DNA of 43,451 nucleotides from a virus (lineage: Duplodnaviria > Caudoviricetes). The notes under the pieces are model-generated. The model worked only from the letters and a program-made list of their open reading frames with translations, had not been told where the DNA came from and did not search any database. Positions 8,224 through 17,121 of this stretch are shown here, piece after piece (position 1 is the first letter of the stretch; every line of letters starts with the position of its first letter). The stretch covers positions 1 to 43,451 of the IMG/VR virus record IMGVR_UViG_3300048849_000035; one strand, written 5' to 3'. Made by a program: the position numbers and the translations under genes.

Positions 8224-9872
8224 AGGACCACCAGAACTCCTCCTTCGTCTGCCATGAACCCTGCCCGAAGTGCGGCTCCAGCGATGCGCTGGCCCGCTAC
8301 TCGGACGGCCATGGCTACTGCTGGTCCTGCCGGGCCTACGAGGCCCCGAGCGCCGACGCCACACCGAACAATCGAAAGGCTACCAAACGCATGGCTGGGG
8401 ATCTGATCCCTATGGGCGATGTGGCGCCGCTGCTCGCCCGGAAGATCACCGAAGAGACAGCCGCCAAGTGGCGCTACACGCGCTCCACCTTCAAGGACAA
8501 GACCGTTCAGGTCGCCAACTACTTCGACGACGAGGGCACCCTGGTGGCGCAGAAGCTGCGCTTCAAGACCGCCCCCGGCGAGAAGAAGGACATGACCACC
8601 CGAGGCGACCTCAAGGCCGCCGGTCTCTACGGCAAGTGGCTGTGGCGGGACCGGGGCAAGATGATCGTCATCACCGAGGGTGAGATCGACGCGCTCTCCG
8701 TCTCCCAGGTCCAGGCCAACAAGTGGCCCGTGGTGTCCGTCCCGAACGGCGCCCAGGGCGCGGCCAAGTCCATCTCGGAGAACCTCGAATGGCTCCTGGG
8801 CTTCGAGACGATCATCCTGATGCTGGACAACGACGAGCACGGCAACGCCGCCGTCAAGGAGTGCGCTCCGCTGTTCCCGCCGGGCCGCGTCAAGATCGCC
8901 CGGCTGCCCCTCAAGGACGCCAACGACATGCTCAAGGCGGGCCGTGGGGCGGAGATCGTAGACGCGATCTGGGGCGCCAAGGTGTGGCGACCGGACGGCA
9001 TCGTGCGGGTCTCGGATATCAAGGCGGATGCCCTGATGCCGATCCAGCGCGGCCTCCCCTGGTTCCTGCCGAAGATGACCGAGTGGACCTACGGCCGCCG
9101 CTATGGCGAGGCCTATGCCCTCGGCGCTGGCACGGGTGTCGGCAAGACCGAACTCTTCACCCACCAGATCGAATACGACATCAACACCCTGAAGCAGCCC
9201 GTCGCCCTGTTCTTCCTTGAGCAGGAGCCGAAGGAGACGCTTCTGCGGGTCGCCGGGAAGTTCAAGGGGAAGCCCTTCCACATCCCCGATGAAGGCTGGA
9301 CGCAGGAGGAACTGGCGGAGGCTCTCGACGAGCTTGAGAAGACCGACCGGCTGATCCTCTACAACCACTTCGGCTCCATCGACTGGGACGAGATCCGCGA
9401 CCGGATGCGCTTCCTGCGCCACTCCGAGAACGTCCGTCTCTTCTATCTCGACCACCTTACCGCCCTGGCAGCGCACGACCCCGAGAACGAGCGCACGCTG
9501 CTGGAGAAGGTGATGGGCGAGATCGGCTCGCTGGTGAAGGAGCTGGGCATCGTCCTGCACTTCATCTCCCACCTGACCACCCCCGAGGGCAAGAGCCACG
9601 AGGAGGGTGGCCGCGTCACGATCCGCCAGTTCAAGGGCGCCCGCGCCATCGGGTTCTGGAGCCACTTCATGTTTGGCCTGGAGCGCGACCAGCAGGCGGA
9701 CAGCCCTGAGGCCCGCGCCACCACCATCCTGCGGTGCCTGAAGGATCGCTACACGGGCCGCTCAACCGGCCTCACCGCCGCCCTGCGATACAACCGAGAC
9801 GCCTGTCGCCTGGAGGAAGCGCCCGATGACGGCTGCCCATTCCCCTCCGCAGACGACGACTGTCCCTTCTGA
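8220..9872 (+). CDS. Primase-helicase (gp4-like)
   Basis: Zn finger CPKC..CWSC, TOPRIM EGEID/DND, Walker A GAGTGVGKT, LDHLT; TTG start. Confidence 0.97.
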   Translation: MKDHQNSSFVCHEPCPKCGSSDALARYSDGHGYCWSCRAYEAPSADATPNNRKATKRMAGDLIPMGDVAPLLARKITEETAAKWRYTRSTFKDKTVQVANYFDDEGTLVAQKLRFKTAPGEKKDMTTRGDLKAAGLYGKWLWRDRGKMIVITEGEIDALSVSQVQANKWPVVSVPNGAQGAAKSISENLEWLLGFETIILMLDNDEHGNAAVKECAPLFPPGRVKIARLPLKDANDMLKAGRGAEIVDAIWGAKVWRPDGIVRVSDIKADALMPIQRGLPWFLPKMTEWTYGRRYGEAYALGAGTGVGKTELFTHQIEYDINTLKQPVALFFLEQEPKETLLRVAGKFKGKPFHIPDEGWTQEELAEALDELEKTDRLILYNHFGSIDWDEIRDRMRFLRHSENVRLFYLDHLTALAAHDPENERTLLEKVMGEIGSLVKELGIVLHFISHLTTPEGKSHEEGGRVTIRQFKGARAIGFWSHFMFGLERDQQADSPEARATTILRCLKDRYTGRSTGLTAALRYNRDACRLEEAPDDGCPFPSADDDCPF

Positions 9873-9882
9873 GGAGACATCC

Positions 9883-10017
9883 TTGCTGGACCTCGCCCTC
9901 TATCTCGCCGCCTGCGCGGCCTTCTTCACCGGCCACTTCTGGACCGGCCTCGCCTTCCTGACCCTCGGCACGCTCGCCTCCGGGGTCTCCATCGTGCTGA
10001 CCTGGGAGCGCGGCTGA
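9883..10017 (+). CDS. Small membrane protein, 44 aa
   Basis: GAGGAG SD then TTG; two hydrophobic stretches. Confidence 0.6.
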   Translation: MLDLALYLAACAAFFTGHFWTGLAFLTLGTLASGVSIVLTWERG

Positions 10018-10018
10018 A

Positions 10019-10543
10019 GTGCCCCGCACGCCCACCCTGTCCTTCCTCGTCGGCTTGCCCGGCGCAGGGAAGTCCACCTTCCGCGCCAAGCTGGAGGCCG
10101 CCAACCGCAATCTGAAGGTCGTCTCCACCGACGACATGATCGAGATCTACGCGGACGCCAAGGGCCTGACCTACAGCCAGGTCTTCGCGGAAGTGGACAT
10201 GGCCTCCTTCGAGCGCCGCGCCCTGGAACTGACCGCCGACTACACCAGCCTGGGCTACGACGTGCTGATCGACCGCGTGAACCTGCGCCGCGTCAGCCGC
10301 CAACGGTTCATCACCGAGACACCTCTGGGCACCCACAAGGTCGCCTACGTCTTCCATGTGCCGCCTGACGAACACTGGCGCCGCCTCAAGGAGCGCGGCC
10401 AGCGCACCGGCAAGGTGATCCCCTGGGCCGTCGTGGAGCACATGCGCTCCGTCTACGACCCGCCCGTCCATAGCGACTTCGACGAGATCCACATCGTGGA
10501 CCACGTCACGGGCACCGCAACCCCATTCGAGAGGACTGTCTGA
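10019..10543 (+). CDS. P-loop kinase (AAA_33 / polynucleotide-kinase-like)
   Basis: LVGLPGAGKST, VSTDD, IDRVNL...R motifs. Confidence 0.85.
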   Translation: MPRTPTLSFLVGLPGAGKSTFRAKLEAANRNLKVVSTDDMIEIYADAKGLTYSQVFAEVDMASFERRALELTADYTSLGYDVLIDRVNLRRVSRQRFITETPLGTHKVAYVFHVPPDEHWRRLKERGQRTGKVIPWAVVEHMRSVYDPPVHSDFDEIHIVDHVTGTATPFERTV

Positions 10544-10544
10544 G

Positions 10545-10760
10545 ATGCTGGAGACTTTGCGACAAGCGTTCGCCATCTACGCTCTGGTCCCCCTGGCGTT
10601 CCTGCTGGTTGGCGTATTCCTGGCCCTCCCCTTCGTGCTGATCCTGGGTGTCCCCCTGTCAGCCGTGGCGGCTATCGCGGGGTTCATGGGCCTCGTCATC
10701 GGGCACGCCGCTACGCTGGTCTACGTCATTGCCGTGGGCTTCCACGCGGTGTCCCAGTGA
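10545..10760 (+). CDS. Membrane protein, 71 aa
   Basis: Almost wholly hydrophobic; GAGGA SD. Confidence 0.7.
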   Translation: MLETLRQAFAIYALVPLAFLLVGVFLALPFVLILGVPLSAVAAIAGFMGLVIGHAATLVYVIAVGFHAVSQ

Positions 10761-11179
10761 ACCTCACCGCCCGTGAGAAGCTGCTGCTCGCCCTGACCGT
10801 CTACGGGGAAGCCCGTGGCGAGAGCGAGCAGGGCCGCATCGCCGTCGCCCAGGTGATCCTGAACCGCGCCTCGCGCCCCCGCTGGTGGGGCAAGAGCGTC
10901 GAGGAGGTGATCCTGAAGCCCTACCAGTTCTCTTGCTGGAACGTGGGCGACCCGAACGCTGTGCTCCTGCGCGGCGCCATGAACGGCATCAACTCGATCA
11001 CCGAGACCAACGCCTTCATCGCCTGCACGGCCGCCGTCATGGAGGCCCAGCTGCTGCGCTTCGACCTGACCAACGGCGCCGACCACTACTGCACCCACAA
11101 GGTGCGCCCCTCTTGGTTCAGCCAGGAGAAGGTCACGGCCCGCATCGGTGGCCACGTTTTCTTCCGCCTGGAGGCTTAA
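10757..11179 (+). CDS. SleB-like cell wall hydrolase (Hydrolase_2)
   Basis: LALTVYGEARGE..GRIAVAQVILNR, YQFSCWN, TNGADHY, IGGHVFF. Confidence 0.92.
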   Translation: MNLTAREKLLLALTVYGEARGESEQGRIAVAQVILNRASRPRWWGKSVEEVILKPYQFSCWNVGDPNAVLLRGAMNGINSITETNAFIACTAAVMEAQLLRFDLTNGADHYCTHKVRPSWFSQEKVTARIGGHVFFRLEA

Positions 11180-11182
11180 CCC

Positions 11183-11386
11183 TTGATCACAACCGCCATT
11201 GACGTCCGCGACGGTGACGTCGTCATCCGCACCCCAGGGTCTGACGGGTTCACCCCGCTGATGCGGAAGGAACACCAGAGCAGCCTCGCTCACGTCACCC
11301 AGGCCATCCGCATCGCCTACTCCCAGGGCCGCGAGGATGCCACCAAGCAGGTCCAGCTGACCCTGCGGGGCGCCCTAGGCCTGTGA
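11183..11386 (+). CDS. Hypothetical protein, 67 aa
   Basis: GGAGG SD then TTG. Confidence 0.65.
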   Translation: MITTAIDVRDGDVVIRTPGSDGFTPLMRKEHQSSLAHVTQAIRIAYSQGREDATKQVQLTLRGALGL

Positions 11387-11417
11387 CCGAAACCCTCCGC
11401 TAAAGGAGCCTTCCCGC

Positions 11418-13262
11418 ATCTCTCTCCGCCGCCTCGTCTTCGACATCGAGACGAACGGGCTGCTGCCGGGGGTCTCAACCCTCCACACCCTGGTCATCCG
11501 CGACATCGACCGAGGCGAAGCGTGGAGTTGCTGTGACCAGCCCGGCTACCTGCCCCTGGACAAAGGCTTGGAGATCCTCCGCGAGGCGGACCTCCTCATC
11601 GGCCACAACATCATCAAGTACGACCTCCCGGTCCTCAAGCTGCTCCGGGGATGGCTGCCGAAACCCGGCGCCCAGGTCTACGACACCCTCATCGCGGCCA
11701 CCCTGGCTTGGCCTGGGGACCGCCTGAAGTTCGCTGACGCGAAGCTGGTCAAGCGCGCCCAGCTGCCCGCCAAGCTCCTCGGCCGATACAGCCTGGAGAG
11801 CTTCGGCTACCGCCTCCGGTGCCTCAAGGGCGAATACAAGGGCGGCTGGGAGGCCTGGAACCAAGACATGCAGGACTACGCCGATCAAGACGGCGTGGTC
11901 ACCGAGAAGCTGTTCGAGGTTCTCCAGAAGAAAGAGATCCCCCAGGTCGCCTTCGACTTGGAGCAGCAAGTCGCCGCCATCATTTCCGATCAGGAAGTTC
12001 ATGGCGTCTACTTCGACGTCCGCGCTGCGGAGAAGCTCTACGCTGTCCTCTCGGCGGAGCGTGCGGATCTCACGGGTGTCCTTCAGGAGACCTTCCTGCC
12101 CCGCGTCATTCGCGGCGAGGAGGTGGTCCCGGTGCGCGGCGACAAGCGCCTGGGCTACGTCAAGGGCGCCGCCTTCACCCGCGTGAAGATCAAGACCTTC
12201 AACCCCGGCTCCCGCGAACAGTGCGTATGGCACCTGAAGCGGCTGGGGTGGGAACCCGACACCTTCACCAAGGCGGGCGCCCCGAAGCTCGACGACGCGA
12301 TCCTCTCGGATCTGCCCTATCCCGAGGCCAAGCCGCTGGCCCGGTACTTCCTGCTCTCCAAGCTGCTGGGGATGCTGGGCGACGGAGACAATGCGTGGCT
12401 CCGCTCCGTCACCGCCCTGGGCAAGATCCACGGCGAGGTCAACACCAACGCAGCTGTCACCGGCCGCGCCACGCACCGCGAGCCGAACCTCGCCCAGGTG
12501 CCGAAGGTCAAGAAGAACAAGGACGGCTCCATCGCCCTCATGGCGGCGGGCAAGTACGGCTTCGAGTGCCGGTCCCTGTTCATCCAGCCGCCGATGCCTG
12601 GATACACCATGGTGGGTGCCGACTGCTCCGGGCTGGAGCTTCGGGTCTTCGCCCACTATTTGGCCCCACTGGACGGTGGGAACTATGTCCGCGTCGTCAC
12701 CGAAGGCGACGTTCACACGACGAACCAGCTGGCCGCTGGTCTCCCCAACCGCGACAACGCCAAGACCTTCATCTACGCCCTGATCTACGGGGCCGGTGAC
12801 GCCAAACTTGGCTCCATCGTGGGCAAGGGCAAGGCCGCTGGTGCCAAGCTCCGCAAGGCGTTCCTCGAAGCCATCCCCGGCATGAAGAGGCTGGTCGAGC
12901 TAGTCGCCAAGAAGGCCACCCAGCGCGGCTTCCTTGTCGGCCTGGACGGCCGGAAGCTCTACGTCCGCAAGGCGCACGCCGCCCTGAACCTCCTCTTCCA
13001 ATCCGCTGGCGCGCTGATTTGCAAGCAATGGATGGTCGAGGTGCGGAAGGCCGCCGCCGCCGCCGGGCTGACCGCCGGGGAAGACTTTATCCAAGTCCTT
13101 TGGGTCCATGACGAAATCCAAGTTTACGTCAAGGACGAACATGTCGATCTGTTCAAACGCATCGCTGTAGATGCCACAGCCGCCGCTGGCGACTTCTTCA
13201 AGATCCGCTGCCCCCTCACCGGGGAAGCCAAGGCGGGTAGCTCCTGGGCCGAGACGCACTGA
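11418..13262 (+). CDS. Family A DNA polymerase (gp5-like); proposed ATC start
   Basis: Exo I motif LVFDIETNGLL lies upstream of ORF-track start 11568; in-frame TAG at 11376; AAGGAG 11403-11408 then ATC 11418. Motifs DCSGLELR, KTFIYALIYG, VHDE, WAETH. Confidence 0.95.
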   Translation: MSLRRLVFDIETNGLLPGVSTLHTLVIRDIDRGEAWSCCDQPGYLPLDKGLEILREADLLIGHNIIKYDLPVLKLLRGWLPKPGAQVYDTLIAATLAWPGDRLKFADAKLVKRAQLPAKLLGRYSLESFGYRLRCLKGEYKGGWEAWNQDMQDYADQDGVVTEKLFEVLQKKEIPQVAFDLEQQVAAIISDQEVHGVYFDVRAAEKLYAVLSAERADLTGVLQETFLPRVIRGEEVVPVRGDKRLGYVKGAAFTRVKIKTFNPGSREQCVWHLKRLGWEPDTFTKAGAPKLDDAILSDLPYPEAKPLARYFLLSKLLGMLGDGDNAWLRSVTALGKIHGEVNTNAAVTGRATHREPNLAQVPKVKKNKDGSIALMAAGKYGFECRSLFIQPPMPGYTMVGADCSGLELRVFAHYLAPLDGGNYVRVVTEGDVHTTNQLAAGLPNRDNAKTFIYALIYGAGDAKLGSIVGKGKAAGAKLRKAFLEAIPGMKRLVELVAKKATQRGFLVGLDGRKLYVRKAHAALNLLFQSAGALICKQWMVEVRKAAAAAGLTAGEDFIQVLWVHDEIQVYVKDEHVDLFKRIAVDATAAAGDFFKIRCPLTGEAKAGSSWAETH

Positions 13263-13629
13263 GCAGGGGGAGCAAGACTTCCTCCGCTGGTGCGCGGGCT
13301 ACTTCGACGGGGAGGGCTGCGTGACGTGGGGTGGTGGGCTTCAGGTCCACATCACCAACACGCACCTGCCCACCCTGGAGATCATCCAAGAGCGTCTTGG
13401 GGGCCGCATCTACCGCCCCACCAAATCCGACAACCCAAGGTTCCGCCCCTGCCATCGGCTGGTGTGGACCGGCGCCAACGCCGAGCGCGTTCTCGCCACC
13501 CTCGCTCCCCTGCTCCGCGAGAAGCGGGACCAAGCCTTCCTCGCCCTCCAGGCGCGGCGGCTGGTGAAGGCGGAGCGCGAGCCAATCCTGGCGCAACTCA
13601 AAGCCCTGAAGAAGGCCATCCACCCATGA
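13171..13629 (+). CDS. Free-standing single-motif LAGLIDADG-like homing endonuclease (start uncertain)
   Basis: WCAGYFDGEGCV motif, then HITNTHLPTLEIIQERLGGRI and LAPLLREKRDQA. Confidence 0.75.
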   Translation: MPQPPLATSSRSAAPSPGKPRRVAPGPRRTEQGEQDFLRWCAGYFDGEGCVTWGGGLQVHITNTHLPTLEIIQERLGGRIYRPTKSDNPRFRPCHRLVWTGANAERVLATLAPLLREKRDQAFLALQARRLVKAEREPILAQLKALKKAIHP

Positions 13630-13841
13630 CCCAGAAGGTCGTCCTGACCGCTGAATACACGCTCGAAGGGGTCTCCCCGGAGAACGTCGAGCGCGCCCGC
13701 GCCACCTTCCTCGAAGCCCTCCAGCGCGGCTCCCTCAACCCGTTCCTGGCGACCGCCCCGTTGATCGGCAAGCTGTCCGTCAAGGGGAGCGTCGAGGTGC
13801 CTGAGGAGCGGAAGACGCGGACCAAGGCGCCCGCCGCCTGA
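13626..13841 (+). CDS. Hypothetical protein, 71 aa
   Basis: ATGA and TGATG coupling at the two ends; MTQKVVLTAEY... Confidence 0.7.
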   Translation: MTQKVVLTAEYTLEGVSPENVERARATFLEALQRGSLNPFLATAPLIGKLSVKGSVEVPEERKTRTKAPAA

Positions 13842-14632
13842 TGGCCAACCGTCTCCTGATCATCGACGGGGACGCCGTAGCCTACCGCCAGTCCGCTGGC
13901 GCCCAGAAGCAGATCCAGCTGGAGGCGGAGGAGGACGGCGCCGAGCCGACCACCCTGCGCTTCCACGACACCGCCGACGTCGAGCAGGTGGTGGACAGCG
14001 CCATGGCTGCCCTGATCCAGGCCTACAAGCCGACCAAGACGGTCGTCGCGCTGTCGGACGAGGTCAACTTCCGCATCCAGCTGTGCCCCACCTACAAGGG
14101 CAACCGGAGCGATGTGCTGCGCCCCACGGGGCTGGCCGACGCGAAGGAATACCTGGCTGCCAACTGGCCGCTGATGAAGCTGGCCCGGCTGGAAGCCGAC
14201 GACACCATGGGCATCGCCGCGACACGCCCGGACCTCCTCTCGAAATACGACGAGGTGGTCCTGTGCAGCGACGACAAGGACATGCGGACCATCCCGTGTC
14301 TGCTGGGTTCCATGTTCCACGGCAAGGTCGGCACGGTGGTCAAGGTGTCCGCTGAGGAGGCCGACAACTGGCACCTCATGCAGACCCTCATGGGCGACAC
14401 CGCCGATGGCTACAAGGGCTGCCCTGGCATCGGCATCAAGCGCGCCGAAGCGATCCTCAAAGACCCCGAAGGTTCCCCTTGGGAGGCCGTGGTTGCGGCC
14501 TTCGAGAGCAAGGGGCTGACCGAAGAGGACGCCCTCCTGCAAGCCCGCCTCGCCCGCATCCTGCGTCACGGCGATTACAACCCGAAACGAATGACGGTGC
14601 GGCTCTGGAAGCCCGCCAAGGAGAACGCATGA
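13841..14632 (+). CDS. 5'-3' exonuclease (gp6-like)
   Basis: LLIIDGD, YKGNR, LEADD, SDDKD, GDTADGYKGCPGIG. Confidence 0.95.
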   Translation: MANRLLIIDGDAVAYRQSAGAQKQIQLEAEEDGAEPTTLRFHDTADVEQVVDSAMAALIQAYKPTKTVVALSDEVNFRIQLCPTYKGNRSDVLRPTGLADAKEYLAANWPLMKLARLEADDTMGIAATRPDLLSKYDEVVLCSDDKDMRTIPCLLGSMFHGKVGTVVKVSAEEADNWHLMQTLMGDTADGYKGCPGIGIKRAEAILKDPEGSPWEAVVAAFESKGLTEEDALLQARLARILRHGDYNPKRMTVRLWKPAKENA

Positions 14633-15168
14633 GCGGCTGCAAGAGCGCAGACTGGTGCGAGCGGAATGGATGCGAAGGCGCCTGCGTCGTGTCCGCTGAT
14701 CAGACCAAGGCGCCGAACCTGAAATCGGGCATGGTGGTGCAATACGACGACCAGCCCTGGACGGTCCTGTGGATCTATTCCGGCGGCGAGCAGGTCCGTC
14801 TGCGCCCCTTCGGCATGACCCGCCCGGCCGAGGACTTCACCGCCTCCCGCCGCCTTGTGCGGCCAATGGGCGCCCAGGAGGTCTCGGATCTGGTCGAGGT
14901 CGCCAGTGCGGAGGAGCCTGCTGCGCCACCCGCTTCCGACAACGTCTTCCGCCCCATCCACTACGCCCGGTTCGCCATCGAGCCGATCACCTTCATCATC
15001 GCCAACGGCCTCGACTTCCTGACGGGCAACGTCATCAAGTACACGATGCGGCACGACGCCAAGAACGGCCTCGAAGACTTGAAGAAGGCGCGTCGTTACA
15101 TCGACCTCATGATCGAGCGTGAGGAGCGGAAGCAGCGCGGCGAAGTGCTGCGGATGGCTCCGGTCTGA
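14629..15168 (+). CDS. DUF3310 / gp1.7-like protein with Cys-rich N-terminus
   Basis: DNVFRPIHY, IEPITF, FLTGNVIKY, KNGLEDLKKARRY; ATGA overlap with AAGGAG SD. Confidence 0.85.
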   Translation: MSGCKSADWCERNGCEGACVVSADQTKAPNLKSGMVVQYDDQPWTVLWIYSGGEQVRLRPFGMTRPAEDFTASRRLVRPMGAQEVSDLVEVASAEEPAAPPASDNVFRPIHYARFAIEPITFIIANGLDFLTGNVIKYTMRHDAKNGLEDLKKARRYIDLMIEREERKQRGEVLRMAPV

Positions 15169-15365
15169 TGGCGGAAGCCCTCGTCACCCAGGCGCTGATC
15201 GACGAGGTCGCCAGGGTCTTCTCTACGGAGATCCCCGAAGACATCCCGAAGCGCACCCAGGTGGCCCGCATCATGGGCCGCCGCGACGTCCTCCGCTTCC
15301 TCGTCACCCTGCGGGACCGCGAGCAGCGGGACAAGGACGACACCCCCATCCCATCCATGATCTGA
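15168..15365 (+). CDS. Hypothetical protein (gp6.5 position)
   Basis: TGATG coupling; synteny. Confidence 0.65.
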   Translation: MAEALVTQALIDEVARVFSTEIPEDIPKRTQVARIMGRRDVLRFLVTLRDREQRDKDDTPIPSMI

Positions 15366-15376
15366 AGGAACACGCC

Positions 15377-15571
15377 ATGTGCATGTCTTCCCCCAAGACG
15401 CCTGAGGCCTCCGCGCCTCCGCCGCCGCCCCCGCCCGAGGACGCCCCCGTGCTGGATGCCGGGACCAGCGACGAGGGCCGCAAGGTCAACAAGGCTCGCC
15501 TCGGCAAGAGCGCCCTGCGGACTGACCTCTCCATCGGAACCGGCGGATCGGGCCTCTCTATCCCGGCCTGA
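15377..15571 (+). CDS. Small virion protein (gp6.7/gp7.3-like), 64 aa
   Basis: MCMSSPK..poly-Pro..GKSALRTDL..GSGLSIP directly before the portal; AAGGA SD. Confidence 0.8.
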   Translation: MCMSSPKTPEASAPPPPPPPEDAPVLDAGTSDEGRKVNKARLGKSALRTDLSIGTGGSGLSIPA

Positions 15572-17118
15572 TGCACGGGTCTGACACCGCGAAGTCCCGC
15601 TACATGGCCCTGGCTATGCAGCGCAGCGCTTTCGAGCAGCGCGCACGGGACTGCGCAAAGTATACCATCCCCTCGATCTTCCCACCGGAAGGCTTCGGCG
15701 CCACCAGCAAGCTGGTCACGCCCTGGCAGTCGGTCGGAGCGCGCGGGGTCAACAACCTGTCCGCGAAGCTGCTGCTCTCGCTGATGCCCCCCAACAGCCC
15801 GTTCTTCACGCTCAAGCTGGACGACTTCAAGGCCCAGCGCCTGGGAGCCAAGAGCCGGGGCGCCTTCGAGCAGGCCCTCGACCGGATCACCCGTGCGGTG
15901 ACCACCGAGTTCGAGGCCACGGCCACCCGCGTGAAGATCCACGAGGTGATCCGGCTGCTGGTCGTGACCGGCAACGCCCTCCTCTTCTGCGACCCCGAAG
16001 GTGGCGCCAGGACATACCGCCTGGACAACTACGTGGTCCGCCGGGACGACGCGGGGCATCCCCTGCTGATCATCCTGAAGGACGACTACGCGCCCGAGAG
16101 CCTCCCTGCGGAGGTCCGGGAGTTCGCCAAGGTGGACGCCCCGAAGGGCCATGGCGCCGCCGCCGAGGACAAGCGCGTCTCCGTCTTCACCGTGTGCGCC
16201 CGCCAGGGTGACCAGTGGGACGTCTGGCAGGAGTGCAACGACGTCACCCTCCCCGGTGGCGGCACCTATCCCATCGACCGCTGCCCCATGCTGGCTCTCC
16301 GCTTCTCCTCCCAGCCCGGCGAGGACTACGGGCGGAGCTACGTCGAGGAGTACCTGGGCGACCTGATCTCCCTCGAAGGCCTCTCCAGGGCCATCGTGGA
16401 AGGCGCCGCCATCGCCTCGAAGACCGTCTGGCTGGTGCGGCCGAACTCCACCACGCGCCCCTCCGCCCTCGCGAACGCCCCCAACGGCGCCATCGTGGAA
16501 GGCAGCGAGGGCGACGTGACGGTGGTCCAGGCCAACCGCGCAGCTGACCTCCGGGCGGTGCAGGAGGTGATCCAGCAGATCACCCAGCGGCTCGCCTACG
16601 CCTTCCTGATGAACCAGGCCGTCCAACGTCCGGGTGACCGGGTGACGGCGGAGGAGATCAGGATCATGGCGCAGGATCTGGAGACCGCCCTGGGCGGCAT
16701 CTACTCGCTGCTCGCGGTGGAACTCCAGCTGCCCCTGGTCAACCAGACCATGTGGGGCATGGAGCAGCGCGGCATCCTCCCGCCGCTCCCCAAGGGCGAC
16801 GTGAAGCCCGCCGTGGTGACCGGCATCGAAGCCCTGGGTCGGGGCAACGACCTGAACAAGCTGGACCTCCTGATCAGCGGCTCCATGCAGGCGCTGGGGG
16901 CCGAGGCCGTCGCCGCCCGCGTGGACGTCGGGGAATACATCTCCCGCCGCGCCGCCGCCCTGGGCATCGACACGCAGGGCCTGATCCTCTCCGACGCGCA
17001 GATCCAGCAGCAGCAGCAGCAGGCCCAGATGCAGCAGATGATCGAGAAGCTGGGACCGAACGCCATCAACGCCTTCGGCAAGATTGCCGGGGACCAACTC
17101 GCCAACAAGGAAGGATAA
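15571..17118 (+). CDS. Portal / head-tail connector (gp8-like)
   Basis: WQSVGARGVNNLSAKL, GEDYGRSYVEE, RVTAEEIR, LGGIYSLL, GIEALGRGND. Confidence 0.97.
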   Translation: MHGSDTAKSRYMALAMQRSAFEQRARDCAKYTIPSIFPPEGFGATSKLVTPWQSVGARGVNNLSAKLLLSLMPPNSPFFTLKLDDFKAQRLGAKSRGAFEQALDRITRAVTTEFEATATRVKIHEVIRLLVVTGNALLFCDPEGGARTYRLDNYVVRRDDAGHPLLIILKDDYAPESLPAEVREFAKVDAPKGHGAAAEDKRVSVFTVCARQGDQWDVWQECNDVTLPGGGTYPIDRCPMLALRFSSQPGEDYGRSYVEEYLGDLISLEGLSRAIVEGAAIASKTVWLVRPNSTTRPSALANAPNGAIVEGSEGDVTVVQANRAADLRAVQEVIQQITQRLAYAFLMNQAVQRPGDRVTAEEIRIMAQDLETALGGIYSLLAVELQLPLVNQTMWGMEQRGILPPLPKGDVKPAVVTGIEALGRGNDLNKLDLLISGSMQALGAEAVAARVDVGEYISRRAAALGIDTQGLILSDAQIQQQQQQAQMQQMIEKLGPNAINAFGKIAGDQLANKEG

Positions 17119-17121
17119 GAC

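Noticed and set aside
13171-13629. Group I intron or intein around the LAGLIDADG ORF
   Set aside because: The polymerase ends intact at WAETH before the nuclease motif; no split gene or splice motifs seen.
17005-17040. CAG microsatellite in the portal gene
   Set aside because: A Gln-rich C-terminus is ordinary in T7-like portals.
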